From the human T2T-CHM13v2.0 reference genome, Homo sapiens, in the NCBI GenBank assembly GCA_009914755.4, contig CP086569.2:3392001-3456000 (forward strand): a stretch of DNA of 64,000 nt. The letters run 5' to 3'. The notes under the pieces are model-generated. The model was not told the origin of the DNA. It did not search any database and saw nothing but the letters and a program-made list of their open reading frames with translations. Shown piece after piece: positions 56,341 to 64,000 of this stretch. The first letter of the stretch is position 1. The number at the start of each line of letters is the position of its first letter. The position numbers and the translations under genes are program-made.

Positions 56341-57140
56341 TCAGGGTTTTCCAGAGAGACACAGCCCACTGAACATATATACAGTTGTCCATCACTATCT
56401 GCAGGGCATTGGTTCTAAAATCCAAAGATACCCACGTCCCTTATATTAAATAGCATAGAACAGTAAGCACTCTGTGTCTGTAGGTGTAGAACCTAAGGAT
56501 ATGTAGGTCCTATTGTCAAGAGATGTACATGAGAAGGAATTTATTAGAGGAATTGGCTCACTTGTTTATGAAGGCTGAGAATTCCCACAATAAGCCATCT
56601 GCAAGCTGGAGAACCAAAGAATCTTTAGTGTGGTTCAGTTCAAGTCCAAAGACCTTAGAACCAAGGAAGCTGATGTTGCAGCTCTCCGAGGCTGATAGTT
56701 TGGGAGGTGGCTGGTACAAATCCCAGAGTCCAAAAGCTGGAGAACCTGAAGTTCTGATATCCAAGAGCATGAGAAGAAAAACACCCAAGCTCAGGAAGAA
56801 AGTTCCAATTTACCTCTTTGTTACTTCTGGGACTCAGCTGATTGGATGATGCCCACCCACATTGTGGGCAATTCTTCCCACTCAGTCCACCCAATCAATG
56901 TCCAATCTCCAGCAGAAATACTCTCATGAACCCAACTGGGACAGCACAACCACTCTAACTAAATGCCAAACCACCTGGATTCTCTTTCAACAGAAATGGG
57001 ATGGGCTCAATGCCTACTGAAGCATTGAGAATAAGTGATGTTTTGTTAGCTAGTGAATATCCCTTAATCCAGCCAAGTTGACACCCAAAATAAATCATCA
57101 CAAGTTCATCCCTTGTCAACTTGGCACCATATGCCTCTCC
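56336..57140 (-). mobile_element. MLT1-like MaLR LTR (minus orientation)
   Basis: Antisense MaLR hallmarks: tgttttagtcagggttttccagagagacacagcc at one end, ...ggctgattggatgatgcccacccacattgtgggcaattcttcccactcagtccacccaatc... in the middle, ...aatccagccaagttgacacccaaaataaatcatcacaag at the other (complement of tgtgayrggttrata...gtgtcaacttg). Confidence 0.55.
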
Positions 57141-57545
57141 TTAAACCATACTTAATCTTGAAATAAAGGCAATAGCAAGGTGGTAGTTTCACCTAGCATG
57201 ATGAAAATATATTGAATACAACAAAAATGCATTAATATATTCCCCAGAAGAGGAGATAAAGTCCTTGAGTGATGATTATTCTTCTCCAGATATTCTGTAA
57301 CTTAAATACCATGACATAAAATTAGAAATATTTAAATATTGATAGAACTCTACATGTATCTATCAAGGATATTTTCTTAATATATGTATATATACAAACA
57401 TACATATTCCTAACAAAATAGGAAGAAAATACAGCCCTTGTTTCTATAAGTGGTCATATGGTCATTGCTGATATTTATAACTACCTTCTAATATCCATTA
57501 TGTATTCTGTTTGTTTTCAGCAAACACCTTAGCTAATCATGATTC

Positions 57546-57643
57546 TTTACCTTCTGGTGAACTGATCCAAACCTTTACTTATTTTCTTCCTTTTTTCCTC
57601 TCTCCTTCCCTCCCTCCCTCTTTCTTCCTTTCTTTCTTCCTTC

Positions 57644-57690
<47 letters not shown>

Positions 57691-58240
57691 TCCTTCCTTC
57701 CTTCCTTCCTTCCTTCCTTCCTTCCTTCTTTCCTTCTTTCCTTCATTTCTTCTTTCTTTCTCTTTACCTTCTGGGAAACTGATCCAAACCTTTACTTACT
57801 TTCTATTTTTCTCTATTTTTCTTTCTCTATTTTTTTCTCTCCTTCCTTCCTTCCTTCCTTCCTTCCTTCCTTCCTTCCTTCCTTCCTTCTCTTTACCTTC
57901 TGGCGAAGTAACCCAAACGTTTACTTTCTTTCTCTTTTTCTCTTTTTTTCTTTATTTTTCTTTCTCTGTTCTTTTTCTCTCCTTCCTTCCTTCCTTCCTT
58001 CCTTCCTTCCTTCCTTCCTTCCTTCCTTCCTTCTTTCCCTCCTTCTTTCTCTTTACCTTCTGGTGAACTGACTCGAACCTTTACTTACTTTCTTTCTATT
58101 TTTCTCTATTTTTTCTCTTTCTTCCTGTCCTTTCCTTTCTTTTCCTTTCCTTTCCTTTCCTTTCCTTTCCTTTCCTTTCCTTTCCTTTCCTCTCTTTCTC
58201 TTTCTCTCTTTCTCTTCCTTCCCTTCCCTTCCCTTTCCTC

Positions 58241-58304
<64 letters not shown>

Positions 58305-58330
58305 TTTCTTTCTTTCTTTTTCTTTCTTTC
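57546..58330. repeat. composite higher-order tandem repeat (VNTR): 4 copies of a 37-bp anchor, each followed by (TTCC)n/(TTTC)n/(CTTT)n blocks
   Basis: Anchor ctttaccttctggtgaactgatccaaacctttactta at about 57546, 57759, 57888, 58047 (a few substitutions each), separated by cttccttccttcc / tttctttctttc runs. Units about 213, 129, 159, 280 bp. Source of ORFs 57511-58071 and 58053-58379. Confidence 0.85.
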
Positions 58331-58618
58331 TACAGGGTCTCACTCTGTCACCCAAGCTAGAGTGCAGTGCTGAGATCATAGCTCACTGCAGCATTAAACT
58401 CTGGGCTCAAGCAGTCCTACTGCCTCAGTCTCTTGAGTAGCTGGGACTACAGACACGCAGAACCATGCCTGGTTAATTTTTTTTTTTCATTTTTATTTTT
58501 GTAGAAATGGGGTATTGCTAGGTTACCCAGGCTAGTCTGAAATTCCTGACCTCAAACGATCTTTGTGCCTTGGCTTTCCAATGTGCTGGGATTACAGACA
58601 TGAGCCACCAAGCTCAGC
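58330..58618 (-). mobile_element. Alu SINE (minus orientation) whose tail abuts the VNTR
   Basis: acagggtctcactctgtcacccaagctagagtgcagtgctgagatcatagctcactgcagc...gacatgagccaccaagctcagc. Its poly-A end (poly-T on the plus strand) faces the (TTTC)n array. Confidence 0.95.
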
Positions 58619-58619
58619 T

Positions 58620-60150
58620 CAAACCTTTATTTCTGAAGGGTCGGAGCCATTCGTAGTCCTGCTTGAATTGGGTTGTTGTAATTTCCCATTGACCTTAATC
58701 ACAGGACATACTAATACTAAGAGGTGCCCTAAGGGATCTACTGTTTTCCAAACATACTCTCCCTCACTTCTCTTCTGGAGTAGTAGTCCAATCTTATTCT
58801 TGGTAGTTTGAATTAATCACTACAGCCAACACCATTACTCCCCTGTAAGCCTGTTGATTTAGATGCATGAGGAGCCCAAAGTGGCCAGGTGGCAGTTTTA
58901 ACTTCCAGTTTGGTAGAATTACTGTTGTCTCCCATGGTGGAGGCATTCCTTCCTCTGAAACAAAGACCTCTGTGCTAGCAGAGCATAAAGTCACAGAAAT
59001 AATACAAAATTTTTTTTTTCTAGTGGGTTACTAGGATGAATGATGGTGGTGCCATTCTATTTCCACTCCTTGATTCCTGGACCTGTGAATTCTGGCAATT
59101 GGGGGAAACAGTACCATATAGTGAACTTTTATTCAGAACATGTAAAGCCTTCTAGAAGACCTTGCCCAGTCCTGCAAAATATTGCCACCTATCTGGTGCT
59201 GTAACTGTGCCTTCAAAAGGCCATTTTATAGTCTTATCAAGACAACTGCTTCAGGATGATGGGGAGCATGGTAAATCCAGTGCATTTTATGAATATAAGT
59301 CAATTACCACACTTCTTTGTGAAGTGAATTACTTTTAAGAAGCAATGCTGTGTGGAATACTATAATGATGGATAAGGCATTCTGTAAGTCCACAAGTGGT
59401 AGTTTTGTCAAAGCATTGAATGAGGGAAGGTAAATTTATATCCAAATTAAGTGTCTATTCCAGTAAGGACAAAACGTTGTCTCTTCCATGATGAAAGTTG
59501 TCCAATGTAATCAACCTGCCACCAGGTAGCTGGCTTAATACTCTGGGCAATGGTGCTACACTGGGGGCTCAGTGTTGGTCTCTGCTGCAGATAGATTGGA
59601 CACTAGGTGATGACCATAGCCAGGTCAGCCCTGATGATTTTAACTCTATATTGTTGGGCCCAGGCATAACCTCCATCTCAGCTAACATGCTGACTTTGTT
59701 CATAAGCCCATTGGACAATGGCAGTTGGTTAAAGAAAAAGGCTGATTGGATTTCACAGAATAGGTCATTCTATCAATTTGATTATTCAATTCTTCCTCTG
59801 CTGAGGTCACCTTTTGGTGAGCATTTACATGGGACACAATTACCTTTAAGTTCTTTGCCCACTCGGAAAGGTCTACCTTTTCCCAAAATTTCTTTGTCAC
59901 CAATTTTCCATTCGTATTTCTTCCAAGTCCCTGATCATTCAACCAGACTATCTGAGTTCCCCTTTCAGCAGAAGATGGATGTGCTCACTGCCTCCTGAAG
60001 CATTTAGAATAACTAATGCTTTGCCAGATATTTGGGGAATCTTTAATTCAGTCAACTTAACACCGAAAATCAACTACCATTGTATTTGTTGATTCGTTTC
60101 TCATTCAAGTTATGAATGCTCTGGTTCTAAGTAAAATAAATGTTTTTTAA
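58620..60150 (-). pseudogene. HERV-L (ERVL)-like pol remnant: RNase H C-terminus and integrase, minus strand, frameshifted
   Basis: Minus ORF 59700-59942 ...KVIVSHVNAHQKVTSAEEELNNQIDRMT is the RNase H end (HxxGHxG...N..aD). Downstream in another frame: PATWWQVDYIGQLSSWKRQRFVLTGIDT (IN catalytic core, ERVL PATWWQVDYIGPLPSWKGQRFVLTGIDTYSG), and further GLTECLIHHYSIPHSIAS (ERVL RGLTECLIHRHGIPHSIASDQG). Confidence 0.6.
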
Positions 60151-62319
60151 TTGTAGTATGGACATTTGAGATCTTATATTAGGGGATTCTGGATCTTATT
60201 TAAATGTCCTATTTTGGCAGGCAATTATCCTGTTCAAGTTTAGACCAAAGGTCTTCTCTCACTTTTGTAAGCTGTTATTCCAAAGGCACTTTCTTTTTCA
60301 GAGCCCTTGAGTTAATATTTAAATCTGCTTCATAAACGTGCTACTCAAAGTCCATGGAAATTATGGATGGAATCTTACATTGTAGTTTGGTTTTCAACCT
60401 TTTGGTGTGTTAAATCTAGTCAGTTTCACTTTTTTTTTTTTTTAAATGTTTGTCCAGAACTTCCGATGCTGGTTGTTTGATAATAATGTCTGGTATTTGC
60501 TTCAAAATAAAAGGGTGGCCATTATATGAGAAATAAAATTGACCAGGAACTGATAATTGTTGAGGATGAAGAATAAATATGTTGATGTCTATAAGAGTAT
60601 CCCAATTTTGTATATGTTTGACCTTTCCATATGAAAATGTTAAAAAGGTAATTATATTGAAATTGTCTTAATAGTTAAATAGTCTATTTGTTTAAATTAC
60701 AGAATAATACAGGGTTACATATTAAGAATGTTTAATTATTGATTCTCCTAAAATTAGTTTTCTAGAATTAAAATTTCCTTTGGATAACAAAATAACAATT
60801 AACTTCTATCATCTTACAAAATACAATTGTTTAACATCTTCATAGATATTTCTTAACATTTACGTAGAAACTTGAACTAGAAAATATATGAATTTGAATA
60901 AACAACTTATAATAAAGAATTTGAGCATATAATACTATCTTATATACAGTAGATTATCATTTATTTCAAATATTTGCTAGGATTACTTTTCCAAATATCA
61001 TCCACATATAGATAAAATGTACTTTTCACCAGTAATAAATAAGGCACACCTATTTGTTCTGTCACATTAAGGAATTAATATGTTCTCATTAATAATGTAA
61101 TAACAAAATTCGTGATATTTGCATATGGTAGACTGATAGCAAAAATTTCCCATACATTCCTCTATCCATGTCTTTTGAAATTTGACTTTGCAGTTTTCCC
61201 TGTCAAGGGATATAGTCTATCTCCCCGAGCCTTGCATATCAACTGGCCTTGTGACTTATTTGCAGAACAGAATGCAATAGAAGGAACTTGGGTAAATTCT
61301 AAACCTAGGACTCAACAGTCGTTCCCTGTTTCCTCTATCTTGAAACTCTGCCACCCTGAGGACAAGCCCAGGCTAGCCTGCTGGAGGGTGATTGATTATA
61401 TAAAGGAAACTCAGTATAGCAGAGCCGACATCCTGAAGACTTCTGTGGGAGCAGATGCCTAGCTGAAACACAGCTGACAAGAGAGTCATGAAAAAGTCAA
61501 AAGGATCACCTGCTAAGTCCATTTTAAAATCATGATCTACAGAAAGGTGAGTTAAATAAATTGTTAATTTTGGCTATTGAGTGTAGAAGTAGTTGTTGTG
61601 CAATGATGTTTAACTGATGAAATATCCAAAAATTATAAAGGCTTAAGAATTTCTCTAAAATTTACTTCTTATATTTGATTACTCAAAGCCATGAATGTTA
61701 ATAAAATCTTTAATACTAATACAAGTAATTGTTTATATTTTTCAAACTTAACCATATTTTGGTGAGCTTCTACAAAATAAAATATATATAAAATTACTAC
61801 CAAAATGAAAGAAAAAGAGGTACGAAAAGAGAAAAAAATTATTAATTTCTTTTGACTACTCAAGTAAATTACCATACACTTAGCAGCTTAAAACCATACA
61901 GTCTCACCAGCCTAACATCAAGATACTAGCAAGGCTGTGTACCTTGCCAGCTGCCAGCCAGGGGTTGTTCTCAACTTATACAGTCCACCCACATTCCTTG
62001 AATAATGGACCCCTTCATCTTCAAAGTCTGCAGTGGTGTATAGAATTCTTCTTATGCTTCATCTCTCCTGACTTCCTGTATTAACTCTCACTCCTCAACC
62101 AGAAGGGTTTTCCATTTTTAAGGACCCTTGTGATTACATTAGCCCACTGAAATATTCTAATATCCCATCTCAAACTTCTTAACTTAATCACTTTGCGAGA
62201 TCATGTTTTGCTATGTAAGGTAACATATTCACACATTTCAGGACTACAAGAATGTGTAGTACACTTTCAAGAACATCTTGAGGGCAGGCATTATTTTGCT
62301 TACCACAGAACCTAAATTA

Positions 62320-62515
62320 ATATTTATTAAGCATCAACTTTGTACAGGGCATTGTGCCACATGTGTTCATCCATTATCTCTTATACATTTTACAACAAAC
62401 TTGCGAAGTACATATTATTATCTGTACTTTTAAAGAGGATGAAAATTAGATCTATTAAAGTAAGCAACTTGTCTAAGTTCACAAAGTTACTATCAAGTCA
62501 TGGTTTGGATTAGTT
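62320..62515 (-). mobile_element. MIR SINE (minus orientation)
   Basis: attaatatttattaagcatcaactttgtacagggcattgtgccacatgtgttcatccattatctcttatacattttacaacaaacttgcgaagtacatattattatctgtacttttaaagaggatgaaaattag...gtaagcaacttgtctaagttcacaaag resembles the antisense MIR consensus (tatttattgagcgcttactatgtgccaggcactgttctaagcgctttacat...ttttacagatgaggaaactgaggcacagagaggttaagtaacttgcccaaggtcacacag). Confidence 0.55.
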
Positions 62516-63299
62516 GTTTCTGTGAATTTGAAGCTATACAGCACGCTTTCAAAAAAGCAAAAGGAACAAATATTGATTATTAGATAAAATGAACAAAAGG
62601 TAGAGAAAACGAGAGTCAAAAATAAAGGAGAGAGTAAATAGAGAAGAAAACAAAGTGGATAAATCTGTTTGGGTATTTATATAGTCCGAAAGCAGGATAG
62701 TTCTGATAGGTGAGAGGTGGAAAAGCCTGATTAGTGTAGATGAATCCCCTTGAGAGCAATATTCATGCACAATAATTTCTTCACTGCAGTGATTTTTGTT
62801 TATTTTATTGCAAATATATTTTTTCTTACTATTTTTATTCTTCAATGCAAGCCTCTAATTTTGAAAGAAGTGCTTTTCTTCAGCAACGAAGGTAGTAGAG
62901 GAGTGATTTCCTTACTTTTTCAACAAATTTTATAAGGTTACACTGTCGTGAAGCACAAGTTAATAAAGCCTAAGGACACACTGTTGCATTTCTTTTAAAA
63001 TAATGGAAAATTATTAAATTTTTTAAGGCATGTTTTGTTTGAATGTCTTGTGTTGGTTAGATAACTGTACATCACTAAAGTAGAACAGTACTTTTAAGAA
63101 GCAATTTCTGTTTAGGAGTAGAAGTTGAAAGCGGTATATTAATCTGATGAGCTTAAGCAGCAAAATAGACCTCATACATAAGAATATGAGCTGATTTACT
63201 GTAAGGGACATGACTAATCCAGGGTCCATCTGTAGGGCTTCCACTGGTGCTGAATACACTAGTCAGGCCTTCATTGCTGCTTTCCCCAGTGCTTGGACC

Positions 63300-63720
63300 C
63301 TTGAGGGCTTCCCAGGCATCTGACATTGTGATTGGAAAATAATCTTCATTTGATTGAATTTTCCTTCCCTTTTGGTCAACTGTGCTAACACCACAGCAGC
63401 CTCCATGAGAGAGACAAATTAGCCAGTCACATTAACATATGCCAGCATAATTGGGATGCCAAAAGCAATACTAACTGCAGTAATAACTGAGGATGCAATC
63501 ACTGACAAAGTCATTCCTCCTGTGATAGCCAAATTTCTCTTGTGTTGGAGGTTTGCTTTCCTTTATCCATGCAGTGAATCTTCCTGTCAACATAAACAGG
63601 AATGCTGATGACCATTTCAGGAATAGCAGTGGTAGCAATGAAAGATATCCCCACTGGAGCTCCAATTAATGCACACAGCTGCCAAGTAATTTTCTTACAG
63701 CTTCTTGCCCCAGAATCTGA
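63300..63720 (-). other. candidate decayed coding remnant (frameshifted) with transmembrane-like peptides; weak resemblance to the alpha-repeat of a cation/Ca2+ exchanger (CaCA) family protein
   Basis: Minus-strand frames give ...[39 protein letters not shown]... then, after a +1 shift, [51 protein letters not shown] resembles the CaCA signature GVTFLAAGTSIPEL. There are no repeats here and GC is slightly higher. It could be chance. Confidence 0.2.
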
Positions 63721-64000
63721 AGCCAGAAGGTTTTTGAAAATATGGCAGAAATCTTTATTAAAATGTTTCCTTCAGTAATATGTTACCACGTACATAATAT
63801 ACACACATACCTATGTACATTCTTTGACATACCTCAAAGATTGCTACCATTAGTTTAACCAATAAATTAAAACTAAAAAAAAAAATAGGAAGGGGAGAAA
63901 GGAGAGGGAATCAGGGCAAAATTTTGATGTTTTATCTAGTAAGAAATTGCAAATATCTCAGAATTTCTCTGAGGGAAACCTATAAGCAGAGAATCTTTAA

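Noticed and set aside
57590-58330. Regularly spaced direct repeats that superficially resemble a CRISPR array
   Set aside because: Repeat units are T/C microsatellite blocks of varying length, not 25-40 bp fixed repeats with unique spacers. The context is eukaryotic (it abuts an Alu tail) and there are no cas-like ORFs.
57511-58379. 186-aa (plus) and 108-aa (minus) ORFs rich in F/L/S or K/E/R
   Set aside because: Translations of the (TTCC)n/(TTTC)n VNTR and its complement; no start context, pure low complexity.
59498-59998. 166-aa plus-strand ORF in repeat-free-looking DNA
   Set aside because: The opposite strand encodes clear HERV-L RNase H/integrase peptides in several frames. The plus ORF is an antisense by-product with no homology or codon-structure support.
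62549-62935. 98-aa minus ORF and 61-aa plus ORF
   Set aside because: AT-rich low-complexity sequence (K/N/I/F runs); no homology and no supporting signals.

Overview
This window is primate (almost certainly human) nuclear DNA, not prokaryotic. It is an AT-rich, CpG-poor, gene-poor stretch dominated by interspersed repeats, and I found no intact protein-coding gene, rRNA, tRNA, CRISPR array or operon-like system. At least 16 Alu elements carry diagnostic sequence (GGCCGGGCGCGGTGGCTCACGCCTGTAATCCCAGCACTTTGGGAGGC and its reverse complement); several are young, with perfect target-site duplications (TSDs). There are about 10 LINE-1 copies or fragments from old L1M/L1PB-like and younger L1PA-like families, MaLR solo LTRs (THE1-, MST- and MLT1-like), a MER41-like ERV1 LTR, two MIR copies, two decayed ERV pol remnants and many microsatellites. 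Essentially every ORF in the supplied six-frame track is a translation of Alu, L1 ORF1/ORF2 or microsatellite sequence. The largest (226 aa and 215 aa on the minus strand at 47.6-49.6 kb) are L1 ORF2 pieces. The items most worth a second look are: (1) a roughly 6.3-kb L1PA insertion with a 5' inversion and about 240-bp junction deletion typical of twin priming, nested inside an old L1M and itself hit by an Alu; (2) a stack of nested insertions (THE1 LTR, MST LTR, young AluY with a perfect 16-bp TSD) inside one L1; (3) a composite higher-order VNTR of (TTCC)n/(TTTC)n blocks around a repeated 37-bp anchor next to an Alu tail; (4) a HERV-L-like RNase H/integrase remnant and a second ERV integrase remnant; (5) a MER41-like LTR, a family known for interferon-responsive enhancers; and (6) a short frameshifted coding-like remnant at the 3' end of the window with weak resemblance to the alpha-repeat of cation/Ca2+ exchangers. 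All coordinates are approximate (a few bp) because they were read by eye; family assignments rest on recalled consensus sequences and should be confirmed with RepeatMasker/Dfam.
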